Assembly (NCBI GenBank): GCA_001655205.1
Contig: LPNZ01001133.1
Location: forward strand, 1 to 56,612
Direction: 5' to 3'
Source of the DNA: Lenisia limosa
Taxonomy: Eukaryota > Protista > Breviatea
Length of the DNA stretch: 56,612 nt
This document shows positions 24,161 to 37,459 of the stretch, piece by piece. A program made the translations under genes and the position numbers. Below the pieces are notes generated by a model. The model made no database searches and had not been told where the DNA came from. It saw only the letters and a list, made by a program, of their open reading frames with translations. How positions within the stretch are numbered: the first letter of the stretch is position 1; the number at the start of each line of letters is the position of its first letter.

Positions 24161-26905
24161 TCAAGCGTTAAGAAATAAATATCCAGGTTGAATTGAAAAC
24201 ACAAAAGATCTATTTATCAAAAAGAATGAGGCTTTCTGAGGATTCATTCCTTTCTTTATCAAGGTAAACAGAAGGCTATTTGACCAGTTCAGAGCACTTA
24301 TTTTTGTGAGCTGCTTATTTATGACCCTTGACAGCTTTCTCATTCTAGAAAAGGTGAATTAAAAATAAATTAAAATGGAATGAATGGAAATGAAGTGTTA
24401 TAAGTTTTACTACATTTAGGTTGCAAGTGGAAGTATAAAAGAGGAAAGGACAGTATTCCAGTTGTCATATTCAATTTTAACCCTGTCTGATATTGGATTC
24501 TCCATTTTTGTACATTTTCTCTCTAATAAGGCACTATACTTGACATGGACCTTCAACTCAAATGCAGGAACATGGATTGTTTTCAGTAACTTCTCAGGAT
24601 CCTCTGGTTAGGTTTAAGGAAACGTAACAGTCTAGGAGTGGTTGGGGCAAGAGTTGTTTTCACGTCTCTCTATTCCTACTTGGGTCTGAGCATGATGGGA
24701 AGAATACGACTTATATCAGATATTGATATCAATGTTAATTGTTCAACTAATGTAGATTATCTCCACACTCACAACTAGAGACTGTTTTGGGATGTGAGCT
24801 GATTGCTGCTAATTTACCTTTTAGTCTTTTGTTAATTGGAGGAGTTGTACATGCCTTTTTAACGGTTTGTTTTAGTTCTTCTAATGTTTACGTAGAAATT
24901 TGAAAATCCCACTGTAGAAGGGTTCAAACCAACACTTCTTCATGTTTGTTTCTTTTTAATGACAAGTCACGACAATCTAAAAATGAAGATGGTAAAGTAC
25001 CAGAGATTGCCATTGTTTCTCCTATTTCTGCCAGCCCACCTCTTCAAAACCATTCATCTCCATTCCAGATGAATGGATAAATATGAATGTACCTACGCCT
25101 TCATACCGTTTTTATTGATGGGGATTTGGAGTGCTGTCGTAAAAGTCGACTTTCAAGACTATCAAAAGACGTATTCAGGTTAGGGTATTAAAAAAAACTG
25201 GTCTTATTGTATTGTTATTAAAAGCAGCTTGCAGCTGCGAGCATATCTCGTTTTCGTCTTGAGATGGTCCATTCACAGCGCAGTTGACCAGCTGATTATA
25301 GTGCTCAAAAAACCTCCGGGCAATACTCCGGACTCTTGAGGAAGTCATAAACTTGGGTTTCAATATTCAATTTTGAATAGAGATTAAAGAGTTCCTCTTC
25401 TTCATCAGCAAAAGAATGGTTGAGCGTTTCACTTGATTGACAGCATATGTCAGGTTATAAATGAAAAATCACTCTGAGAAGACTGAAAATAATAAATGCT
25501 GTTTCTTTGTTGACACAAAGAGCAGGTTATTCTGGTGGCAACGCTCCATACTGACCAAAAGACACTGGTCCAACTCAGATTTCAAATTAAGAAGATAATA
25601 AACTCAATAACTGACATGACTGTTTGCTGAAAATCTTTTTTTGAAGCACTGTGTAGTTGTTCACTGGTATCAAGAGATAAGACAATTGGAGCCAGAGGGC
25701 ATTCCTAAAAATAAGGCACTCACGACAAGAACGTTACATCTGTTGAATCTTCTGTGAAGACTGTGTTACAGAACTTGCAGAATTTAAGCGGATTGTCCTA
25801 AAGTCGATTATCGAAATGAGCTTAAGAAGAAGAAAACAACACATTTAAATAATAAATAAATGGAACATATTTATCTTGCTGTAGGTAACATTGGACAAAC
25901 CGAAAGTAATTTGTGGAGTCTCCTCCGACATAATCGCGAAACAATTTTATCATCTTTGTCGACTAAATCAGCGAGCAAAGAAATGAAAACGAGAGGCCTT
26001 ACTTGGTGAATTGATAGCTCGAGGTTGAGCATTGAAATCACTTGTGAAGGAAGGCAGCTTAAATCAATGGGAAGGTCAATTATGGGCTGTAGGTGCTGTG
26101 AAAGATACTTCACAGTATCAACAACCAAGGCATCCATTTTCAAAAAGTGCGCACTGACCAAAATAGAGACAGCCGTATTTTTTTCAAATTATCAAGAATG
26201 AACTACCCAATGGTTTTGGAGATTTGCCCGAAATTTCAGCACCAATATATCGAATTAGCCAGTCAAAAATCCTCAAATCACAATGGACACTAATATCAAT
26301 TTCATGAAGATTGTCATCAATGTACTGAAATGTGACACATCATTGCATCCTCTTACCTTTGAAAAATAGGCCATACTATTACACAACAGTTCTTTATCGC
26401 AAAGAAACTGTTTTTCTCTTTGATGATGCTCGTCAACAACATGAATGACAATTGTGTTCTGTTAGAATTAGAAAAATAAACCTTTTGGTCCTGATCTGGT
26501 GGTGTCTTCTCACTCTCCTCTGTATCAATAATAGTCAATGCCTCTTCTTGTTTTTGCTCAGGTTCCTGAGGTTTAATCTCCTCGATCTCTTCCGCCTGAC
26601 TCAATTCATTGCTTTGAGGTTTACTCAGGCTTTCTAAATCTAAACCATAAGGCAAAACATACACTTACATTTTGTCCGAGGTCGTGGAAGAGGGGGAATA
26701 TCTGTTGATGATTGTTGAAGTAATTGATATCTTAATAAAAACAAAACTGCAACCTTTGAAAGCATTGTTTCCCCGAAACATGAGGGGACACTTTTTTGGC
26801 AATAATTTCCCAAATAGTAAAATTAGATTCTGGTCTTACAGAAGCATTTACAGTGTTTATTAGCAGCTCATCTGTATCTGTCGTCCAGGTGTTCGGACTC
26901 CACAT
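24161..26905 (-). CDS. SANBR: SANT + BTB domain protein (KIAA1841/SANBR, DUF3342)
   Basis: SANT-like WTTDTDELLINTV..WEIIAKKVSPHVSGKQCFQR; IVIHVVDEHHQREKQFLCDKELLCNSMAYF; VSAHFLKMDALV; DKDDKIVSRL; SWTSVFWSVWSVATRITCSLCQQ. Both ends are approximate. Confidence 0.85.
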
Positions 26906-26954
26906 CTGAAGCTAAAACCGTTATTCCAACCGATAAAAGGTCAGATAGAAAAGA

Positions 26955-26977
26955 AATAATAATAATAATAATAATAA
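26955..26977. repeat. (AAT)n microsatellite
   Basis: About 7 AAT units. Confidence 0.95.
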
Positions 26978-27406
26978 GATTATTAAATTGTGAAAAACTC
27001 AGCCATAAAAAAAGATACTCCCAATTTCAACCAAAGCAAACCTCTTTTAGTCGATTCGTCGATGTTTGTGGTGTCAAAATATTTGGATGATATGTTCATA
27101 TCATATCATCATATCACACACTCTGTTGAAACCAACCAAATATGCTTCTTCACTGCTTCTTTTCCCAAATCCAGCCCAATGATCCACACAATCAAATAAT
27201 CAAATCATCCAAAAATGTGAAGCCAGTCTACATTAGTTACAGTGTTAGACTGTTTTAAAATTGTCTTTTTTTTGAAATAATTTGGAATAATTGGATAATT
27301 ATTGGATAATATTGCATTTGTTGAAAGTATAAATTAGATTAGAAGTGACGAGAGGGAATAACTTTAAAGAGGAAAGTGAAAGGAAAGCCTTCCTTTCCTC
27401 CTCATC

Positions 27407-30400
27407 ATGGTAAATAGTGACCTGCCAGTACTAAAAGATTGTCCAGAACCGCCCTCTTCTTTTGGAGTTCGTCCTTCAATTCTTCCAGGTTGATTGTTTA
27501 TTCTCACCACAGGTCGTTTATCACCGTCAAATATTAATGCTTGTGACTGGGGAAGCTCAAATTTATATGCATATGGTTTGTAAAGGATCACTCTTATGTT
27601 TAGGATGTCAATCGTATATTGTAATTGTGGACCCCATCGATGCTCGAATAGTTCAAACCCTTGAAGAACACACTGCACCGGTCGTAGCTTTGGCTTGGTA
27701 AGCTTGGGTCGCTGTTTTTCATGTTTAAGGGGACCAACTCGAGCACCATGTCAGCCTTTTGACTTGGATGAAAAGAGTCAGGCTTTTGGCAGCTGCTCTC
27801 TGGCCAGTGCTGATAAGTTCGGGCACGTTGTGATTTGGAATGTTCAATCAGCCCAGGCTGTCACAACCATTAGTCCAGGTATTTTATCGGATTTCTAATA
27901 ATAGATGCCCAAACGAAAGGCAGCATTGTGAGCATGAAATGGGTTCCACGAATTGACAGCGGGCTCCTGGTTGCGCATTCCTCGGGCTACATCTCGCTCC
28001 TGAACGTAGCAACAAAGCGTCGCCTGTGGAGAGTGGAGCTGACCGACTCCAAAGACCCCATTGCCTCCTTCTCATTGGACCCGTTCAACGACCACCGCGC
28101 CTACTTTGTGACTGCAAAGGGTTCAGTCACCGTCATTGATGGTTTGTTATTTCCCTTGCCTCATTGCCCAGATATTTCCGACCAGAGCCCACCAAAACGT
28201 ATTTCCTCTAGTTTCAGAGTGGCCGCCTCAGCCGAAAAAGAAGAAGTTGGTTACCCTTCATTCTCTTATCAGATTAGCCAAACGGCCGAATTCAAGTACT
28301 GTTCTCACCAAATACTCGTGATATCCTGTACTTTGTCCTCGGGAGAGAGGTTGCGACCTTCAGTGCCCAAACCAACTTGGTATGCCGTTGAGACCCTCTC
28401 ATTTTTAGCCTGTTGGTGGCCTCCGTCTGGATCGGTCAAAGTCAAGCTTTGTCCGCTGTGTTCTGTCACCCCTGAGTCCTGACTTGATCTATTCCGTACA
28501 TGAAGACTATTCGTATGTTCTATAAAGTTGTCACATCGTTTCAGCCTTTGCGTTTGGAGAATGTTTGACACACCTGGGGATGCTTCCATTCGATACAAGC
28601 TCATTTCAACAACAGAGGTTTGCCTGGTTGAATTGTTTTGGTTAACTTGACAGGTGGTCAGATCAAATCATAAGTTTCACAGTAGAATATCGGGAGGAAA
28701 CCTTGCTCCATCCAAAAAGTAGGAACTGTTTTTGTCAGTCTCAAGTTCTAGCCCCCCAATCTTCAATCTTTGTGTTTCACCCCATGATCCGAACATGTTA
28801 ACTGCAGTGACATTTGAAGGGTCCTTATGGACTTGGGTTCTCCAGGAGGTATGCGTTTTGCTATTTCCGTTAGATAAATGCAGGTCTTGTTTACTTTATT
28901 TAGGCTTCATTTTTATCAGTATACTTTTAACACAATCACATAAAAGATGATAGGAATCCTGTTTCGACGTTGGTGATATTTTAGAAACATGACGGTGCCA
29001 TCCCACCAAGGCTTCCCACCGGTCTTTCTTCTTCAATGCCTCTCCCTTCGGAACCTCATGTTTGCGAGCATATTGATGGAAGTTGCCTTCTAGCTATATT
29101 CTTTTTTTTATTTCTCATTGCTATATAATAGTTACCACTGTCATGTCACTGTTCCCATTTGGTATGAAATTTAACTCTTTAGATTCTTCCTGATGATAGT
29201 TTGATCTTGGACCTTGATGAATCTCCAACAGCGACAGAAGAATCCCCAGTCCCCTCTCGCTTCTCCGATTTCACAGCTGCAGAAAATGGTTTGACAAGTG
29301 GCATTGCTTCAAATAACGTTTGTGTTTGACTCTACAGGCAAGAAAACTTCACGACTGTTGCTCACAAGTCAACTCGAGGCAGTTACTCCCTCTCCTTCTT
29401 CATTATCGATGGTGAGGGGTCTATATCTTTTTATCCCTTTTTTGAGAATAATTCTTATGTATTACTTTTTTGTAATCAGATCTTCGGAGTGTAACTAAAC
29501 GTGGCATTGGAAAGATTCTGAAAGTGTAGAGTCCTGATGGTCGGCATTGTGCAGTGGGCAGTGCAGAGGGCTGGATTCAAGTCTGGCAAATGGTTCCACC
29601 AACTCTTATTAGCGACCACCTTGTTTTTGAGGGTAAAAGTGTAGGTCTTTTACTTAGTTCCGAATTGGATAAGCTCGAAGCCATTAATCAACCATATGAA
29701 TATAAATTGTACGTATGTATTACCATTTTGCTTGACCCTCCAGGTTCAAGGTCTGATATGGCTGGATGACTACAAAGTGGCAGCCTTTTCAGCCTCCTCT
29801 GTTGCTGGGTATGGTCTCGAGATTGTTGACTGTTCAGCCCAAATCGACGCTTGGAGTACCACAACAAAGTCATTGTCAATGATCTGAGAAGGGGTTCTGC
29901 CGTGATTCTGAGGCCTGTAACCGTTAATGATGTTTGGAACCGGCTTGTTTAATCCTTTAGACCTCACCACTACTTTCCATTCTGCTCTCAAAACAAGGGA
30001 CTTTCATCTCAATGCTCTTTGCTCAGGGGTTTGCTTGCAACCTTTTTCTCTAACAGTATTAGAATTATCGAGATTTGGTCAGCTTCTCTCCAGGTACTTG
30101 TCCGCACAATCCGTCTTGCCTCTCACCCCAAATGCATGTCTTGGGGACCAAAAGTTGAAACCTCTGATGCTGCTGGTATGCATTTGTTACTCTATTACAC
30201 TAATTTTTGAACACTATTAGAGGCTTTTTGTTATTTTATGGTTTGACCTTACTGATTAAGACCCAACTCAAACTCCTTTCTATGGGATTCCAACCAATGA
30301 TGATATGGAGTATTTTGCACTGATTACTGCTGATGGTGGGTGTGACTCTCAATATTATCACGTCTCTGCTATTCATCAAGGCTCACAGAATCCCTTCACC

Positions 30401-33400
30401 TCATTACTTCCAGGAATGCTCCGCTACTATTGCATTGACAACAACAAGGCCTATCCTGGAATGAAAATGGCCCTTGACAACCCCCATATCACTTGTCTCA
30501 CTTGGGCCGACCACATCATTCTCGCAGGGTTGGCGGTTGTGACACAAGTAATTGTCATTTTTTTTTTTGTGTTTACCTTGTTTTAGTGACACAAATGGCC
30601 GGCTTCACTGCTTCAATATTAAGAAAAGAAGATATCAGGTGCGTTTCTGACGATCATCCTACTTAAAAGAGAATGAAATCATGAATTTTAATCCTATTCT
30701 ATTGTTTCACAATTATATTACTAAGAGTACCTTATTGTCCCGTCATTTACCAAGAATATTTTTTAAAAAAAGTGATTTTGTTACAATCAGTCATTTTGCA
30801 GGAGTTAGTCCCCAGCCGTGTTGCCGTCAAAGACGTCCAGTTTGAGCCGGGAACGGTTCACCTCTGTAAACCGGGCCATGACTACTCAGACCCTTCTCCC
30901 GAGCTGGTAAAGCACTCCAAACGACAGAGCCGGGTGTTTGTTCATTTCACAGATGGGACGGTTTCTATTCTCGACATTAGTCTTGGAACTACAATTTCCA
31001 ACTTGAGTACTGCCCGACTAAGACACATCCAAGTTTCGCACTGCACATGGTTGGCTTTCAGAATTTTTTCTGGGCTTTTTTGAAATGAAAGTTCCACAGT
31101 TTCTGAGCCACTTTTTACAGCATAGGGCCAGTCCATGGCATATGATGTCAACTTGCTCAGATGGCGGAATTAGAATTACGGACGTCGCCTTCAAAACCAG
31201 TCATGCCCCCCTTCTTTGCCTCCCCTCCCCAGCCTCCACCATCGCCCTCCAACCCACCAAGTCCACCATGATGATGCGGATACGACTCCAAGTCAGCTGA
31301 ACCTGTGTATTTTTTAATTTGTCTTTCTTTTGGTGTATTTCTTTGTCATCTGCCATTCCTTCTTGAGACTGTCTTCTCACCGTGCAGTCTGGCTTTACCG
31401 ACGAACTCTGGAACGAAATGATGAGAGCAAGATACAGCATTCCCTCTCCCCACGACGAAGCAGTCCCGAAGAGCATCCACACCAAAGCCTCGTCCCTTGC
31501 TGAGCTATCTGGCCTCCAAGGCTCACCACGCACCCCCCTCGGCAGCCAACGTCTCAACAGGTCGTTACGAGCCGAAGACAAGACCCGGGCATTGTCACCG
31601 CCGTCGGCCGGGCAGAGCTACTCGTCAATTGCAACGCCTTCCGACCTACTACGTCTCCAGGGCCACCCCAAGGCCAATGACAGCATGGCCATGTCTCTAC
31701 TGAGAATGGACGCTGACTTTTTGGCCCAGTTCAGGAACCTGGGCGAAGTAGACGTCGGCGAGACGGATGAGACCCAAATGACTGACAAACAATTTGACAA
31801 GTTGTACATAGCTAGACGGACTGGGTTGCCGCAAAGATGTCTAATCACTGCCAAGTATGACTCTGTTAATGTTACTAATGTGCAGATATTTTGGAGATAG
31901 TTGGGAGGTGAGGTTTTGGCAGCTGGCCCAGAAGTTAATAGAAAGCACTCTTCCAGACATGGACTCTTCCGATCCCAATGCGGTTCTTCCTCAATTCAAT
32001 GATGGAGGTGAGTTTGAAGCAGGGATATTCATAATTTTTCCTAGGGAAGACTGACTCAGTATCATCACCTCCGTTCTTGCGTTCCCCTCTTCCCGAGCAG
32101 TTTTCGAGGTTTGTTTTCTTTAGCCGTGTAAAAATATAAATACTGCTAACTTATTACTATACTGTAAAGAGGCACTCGGAAAGCTGTATGTACAGATGTA
32201 AGGCAAATGACTGGGTGATTATAATCCAATATCTCTTATAAGCGTGTTTCTGTGGACAGTTCGGCCAGATTCTACAAATTTTTATTTCTCATCTCCACAT
32301 TATAAATAATCATCTCTTCGTCTTATAACCAATTATTCTTTTCCAGGACATTCCTCCAGGTTGATAATATTCTTTAGGCAGAGCCGGTCATCGTCAATGC
32401 CAACCTCTGAAAGAGTTTGTTCACTTTTGGGTCTTATAACGTTTTAGTCCATGGAATTTAAGACCAGCAAGGAGAAAACTGAAGAAAAGGCAACTGAAAG
32501 TTAGCTTGGATCAAGCTTTTTCTGACTTTAACCAGGTCCAACACTGCCATCAAGTTTGGGTGTCATGGGTCAGCAGGATGTGTTAAGGAAACAGCTTGAA
32601 ACTAAAGCCAATTTGACGGCTGCTTGTCAGGTATGAAGTGAATCATCTTGGTTTTGACCTGTTTAGGCTGGAAACTTGTATTCGAATACCCAGAAAGCAA
32701 TCACGGACCAGATGTTACTTGGCAATCTTGACAGTGCTGTGAGTTGCTTTCACCCTGAATTTCATCCTTCAGGTTGGGATGCTACTGGATTCGCCGCAAG
32801 ACCACCCTGACTTCATGCTAAACTCATTGAAAGCATGTGTTTTGGCCGCTGTTGTGTCTCCTCATGCGTTCCAGGAAGCTGTCAAACTGGTCTGCTAAGA
32901 ACCCCTTTGTTTCACATATCGCTCTACAATTAACAAATTACTATCCAATATTTAACATCATAGACGGCTATGAATTTGGTTGCCGGTAACGATGTTGATC
33001 AGGCAGTGCAATTGATGTGCGTTGCTGGTCGGAGCTATGACGCCTGCAAGTTAGTGGCTGTCTCTATCTTGGGGGAAAATTGAAGATGGAGTCTTTTTCT
33101 GTTAGTTGGTGGATCTAATGGAATTTTAGCATTTTGGCATTGTAGATCTTTTTACGATTCCTTTTTTGATCTTAGGTTAGATATCGTTTTAATTTCCCAA
33201 GTTTGAACCTCACTTTGGTTTCAAAGAAAAAGATTTTTTGTTAAATTCTCGAAAAATGACGAATAATTAGGGCTTCACTTCGGTTTGAAAAAAATATTGA
33301 AAAATATCGACAGTTTTCGAGGATTTATCGAGAAATTTAGTCTTTTTTGAACCGAAGTAAATCCCAACGGATCATGTATCAGAATACTATAATATTATAT

Positions 33401-34300
33401 GTCTTTTGGAAAATAAAGTGAAAATGTAGTCTTGTTATGTTTTATTTTAATCGCCATCCATTCTTTGATTTGTGTAGGTATCTTCAAGACTTTGGGCGGT
33501 GGGACGCCGCCGCAGAGCTGGCCCGAATTCGCCTGAGCCCGCCTGCGTGCAGGAAGATCTTCAGACGATGGTTGGTAACTGACAGGTTATTTTTCTGACA
33601 CCCCAGGGCTGAGAAGCTGCTAACTGACGGAAATATTGAAAAGGCTATTGAAGCACTTTTGGTTGTTGCAGACATTCCTCGGGTCATTTCTTTACTGTGC
33701 AATATGGGACGCTCGCATACAGCCGCAATCTTTATTCAGAGTTGCCTTGCTAAGGTTCGTTTTATGATTGTGATTCCTTAGAATCATTACCGTTGGTTTT
33801 TTTTATTTTGCAGGTTGCCTCATCCACCCTTGAGAAAATCTGTTCCCGTTTAGACTCAAGCTGTGAAGAAAAGTTCGGGTCAAGCCTTCCTGTAAGCAAC
33901 GGGAGTGAGTTATGTCTCAAAGTTTGTATGTAATCCTTTTGCTGGTAACCCCCATTCAAACTTCTTACTTAATCAGGTTCGCCCCATATTTGTCACTGCA
34001 TCACATTCAGCATGGGAGGGTTATGGTAGGCCTTTTTCTTCAATGTTTTTGCATATTTCCTGCCTTTTCACCGCCCAGTGACTTATCTTCAATTTGTTGG
34101 TTTGAATCATGAAGCTAACTATGTCTCAAAGACCTATCTACAATCCTAATTAATGTTCTTTTTCAAGTTTGGTACTCTAGTTTTGTTTCTTAGATGTGTT
34201 GTTTTTTGAAATATTATCTTCAGTTCGTTAAAGCGGTGCTTACTTTCACTACGAGCAGCTGGGCAAGTAGAATTTTCACCTTGTCGCAAAGCAGGTAGCC
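27407..34300 (+). CDS. WDR11: WD repeat-containing protein 11
   Basis: Motifs LPGRLSPSNINACDWG..AYGCQSYIVIVDP..IVQTLEEH, LASADKFGHVVIWNV, KYFGDSWEVRFW, NSLKACVLAA, AMNLVAGNDVDQAVQLMC and ACKYLQDFGRWDAAAELARIRL. The 3' end is approximate. Confidence 0.93.
33270..33365. mobile_element. Possible MITE/foldback remnant with ~23-bp imperfect inverted ends inside the 428-nt WDR11 intron
   Basis: gggcttcacttcggtttgaaaaaa ... ttttttgaaccgaagtaaatccc. No clear target-site duplication. Confidence 0.4.
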
Positions 34301-34455
34301 AATAGATGAGTGAGGGGTCATATCATGAAGCTTCGTAAAATATCATGGGATCATGGAATAATAATGACGAGCAGTAGGGGGAAGCTCGACGAAAGGTAAA
34401 GGCATCCAAAACACCCAAAAAGAACAAGGTTAAAAAACCTGTATCAACATAATGC

Positions 34456-35142
34456 TTAGTTGAGGACGATACCCTCGAAGCGCTTCTGGTACCAGGCGAT
34501 GGACTCCTCCTTGGTGATACGGTGCTTGAGACCAACGCGAGATTGGCAGCGACGACGACGGCAGACACGGTTACCCTTGCGGCCGAGGACGATGAAGAAA
34601 TCCATACCGTAGATACCGATGGAAGGATCGTACTTGATGCCAAGATCGATGTGCTCGGTGATACCGAAACCGAAAGAGCCGTTCTTGCTGAAGTTTCTGC
34701 GACGGAGCTCGTACTCCTTCACGCGAAGACCACGCTCCAGGACATCGTAGGCCTTGTCGCCACGGACGGTGCAGTGAACAGCAACCTTTTCGTTACGACG
34801 GATACCGAAGGTACGGACGGTGTAACGGGCTAAAAATAGTGAAAAGAGCATAAAGATATTGTCACAAAAACATTTTTTAAAAAATGAAGAATTGAGTAAC
34901 CCACCCACCCTTGGAGAAAACAGGGTCTTGACCAGTGAGAGCCTCGAGAACCTTAGCGGCACGAGTAACTGGATCACCAGCCTCACCAACGGAGATGTTA
35001 AGGCAGAGCTTCTCAATGAAGATCTCACGGTTGACGTTTTCCTTAATGTCGGTCTACACTTGTGAATTACTGTTGGAAAAGTTTGAGTCACAATGATGAA
35101 GCTAAATAACCAAGATACAACATAAACAATCACACCTACCAT
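34456..35142 (-). CDS. RPL11: 60S ribosomal protein L11 (uL5), 3 exons (introns 35054-35139 and 34830-34908), 173 aa
   Basis: [63 protein letters not shown]. Confidence 0.99.
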   Translation of the reverse strand: MVGVIVYVVSWLFSFIIVTQTFPTVIHKCRPTLRKTSTVRSSLRSSALTSPLVRLVIQLLVPLRFSRLSLVKTLFSPRVGGLLNSSFFKKCFCDNIFMLFSLFLARYTVRTFGIRRNEKVAVHCTVRGDKAYDVLERGLRVKEYELRRRNFSKNGSFGFGITEHIDLGIKYDPSIGIYGMDFFIVLGRKGNRVCRRRRCQSRVGLKHRITKEESIAWYQKRFEGIVLN

Positions 35143-35399
35143 TCTGTTTTAGCTCAAAAAGCTTTAAAAGGATTATTTCCGTGAAAAAAATCAACAAAAA
35201 GGGAAATGAACTGAACTGAAAACAATAGTCTTTTAAATTGATGATAGAATATACTTTTTAGTGAAAAGTTAGGAGGGTAGGGTAGGGTTTTTCTCCGACA
35301 GCTTCTTCCTTATACCTCCCTCCAGAAACATTGCAGTTTTAGCATTTTGAAGTATTAGACCTGGGCAGTTAAGAGTATTACTCAAAAACTTCCACCATT

Positions 35400-37245
35400 A
35401 TGGTTTTAATTTTCTTCTTCTTTCTTGTTAATTTACTCCTTGTAAATTGCTTCATTTCTTCTCAAAGCAGTGGAGTTTCAGTTACCGAAAATCTAATTGT
35501 TACTAATTCTCTTACTGTTGGTTTTTTATTCTCGTCACTCATTCTTTAGGCTGAGACTGTGTTAATAGGTCCAAGTAAAACTAATATTGAAAGCGTTTGT
35601 TCTTTAAAGTAATTCATGATTTTAGGAATTAAATGCACTGAAGGATGCAGTTTTCCCTTCTAGACAATCATGTGGCAGCATTCTTCATGGGAAGGTAACT
35701 TTCTTACCACGTGACGTGGTAATTTACTGTTTAGCTCTCCATGAGCCCAGACGATGTTTTGGTTTATTGCAACAATGGAGAGGTTGGTGTCCTATAGTTT
35801 CATAGTTTGGTGTACAAGGGAGTTTTTTTCTGGATGTCGCCAAATTTTTTGATCTATTCAGTTAGTTGTTTTCGAAACCATTCCATTCAGATGCAGCAAC
35901 ATCCCAGATGTAAGTTGTTGCATTCTCCTTTTTCCTAACTGATCAGGCGGACTTTGTGAGTGGTAAAAATTACACCTTCCGCAAAGAAAGCGACAACTCT
36001 GTTTTCGAGGCTCCTTGTGTTAGCGAAGATGGACAAAAGTGGATGAAAATCGATCTTCTTGATACAACCCTTCTTCCTATGACTTATACAAGATCTGGTT
36101 GGTTATGGGTATATAATACATATAATTATATATTATATCTATAAATATATAATATATCATATCATATGATATGTAGATTGAAGATAAAAAAATGCATCTG
36201 GTTGCATTTGACTATACTGAGCCTCATATATTCTTGACTTTTCAGGATATACTGATCCCGTTTCTATCATTGAGTCAGACAAGGTCTTCGAAGATATGTA
36301 CAATATTCCTCACATTGCAGGGCCCTTTTGCGTGAGGAGGGTTTTTTGTTCAATTTGAATTGCTCTTGAATAAAGTGTTGGAGTTACCTCTTTTTTTGTG
36401 ACTTACATTTACCTTTTAGAAAACGCTGATGACATTCCCTCTCCCTTATACAGTCAACAAGCTGAAAGCCAATCTCTTTGCTGCTCTTGCTAACGGCTAT
36501 ACTGGCGGCGGACCCAATGACACGGCTGGTGGGTGGGTACTCGGTTTTTTTATGGAATTGGGTCTTTTTGAGATCCTGGATTCAAATATAAACAATACCA
36601 GTTGAGAAGACAGTTAACCTCGTCCTTATTCTTTCCTTTGGGTAGTCTCCCAGATACCTCGTCAACAGCCATACGACTACAATAAATTCTTTTTCTTTCG
36701 GTGTACTTTTCTAATTTACTATCTGTATTGTTTTGTGAATCCCCTTTTCTTGTCACAACCTTGTTTTAGTGAGGACCTCATAACCCAGGTTGTACCAACA
36801 TTCTCACTGCAGCCAATGATGAAGTCATTGCTTTCGGTTTTGCGAGTTGGCAGGATGGAGATGTTTTTTTGATGTTTTCAGTATATGTTACAATCCACAA
36901 TCCTATGGCACAATATTTTCCTTTCAAAAGCTGAAAGAGTGAGTCCCTCACGCGATTTAGCATCGATGTGCGCAGCTGGGGGGCTGAACGGTGCCAACAC
37001 CATTCCAGGCGATGTGGGTTTTGGCCATATTGCATGCTGAGGTGGAATGTGGTTTGGCAGGTGTCACCAATCTTTTTATGGATTTGGGTGATTCCCCAAG
37101 GAATTGTCTTACTATTCAGGCGACGCTCCCTCTTGCTACATCCCAATATGCGATAGGACCTTCTAGTAACTTCTATTTCAGGTCCAATATGGATTCATCA
37201 TCTGACTGTAGGCCTTTTTCTATTTGTACATATTTTGCGCCATAG
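35400..37245 (+). CDS. Secreted multi-exon protein of unknown function; fibrinogen-related (FReD) N-terminal-like motif
   Basis: Signal peptide MVLIFFFFLVNLLLVNC, open GT-AG exons, and the segment CSNIPDADFVSGKNYTFRKESDNSVFEAPCVSEDGQKWMKID. The 3' end is uncertain. Confidence 0.55.
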
Positions 37246-37459
37246 AGAAGCTGAAAACGATTCGTACTTATTGTGTAGATGAAGGATTCATGATCAATGG
37301 CCATATTTTGGTGCAGTAATTCCCCTTTTTTTTTGTATGATATACATGTATATTATATGATATTATTTTTTCTTGGTAACCTTTCACATACCATGTGCTT
37401 TTGACTTCAAATATTATCTATAGTACATCAATATTACCTTTACAGAACAGAAACCATAG

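Noticed and set aside
32360-32377. Possible 18-nt intron in WDR11
   Set aside because: An alternative model using the AG at 32377 as the end of a longer intron fits equally well in this unconserved region.
34522-34833. 103-aa ORF antisense to RPL11
   Set aside because: This is the typical mirror ORF produced by ribosomal-protein codon bias.
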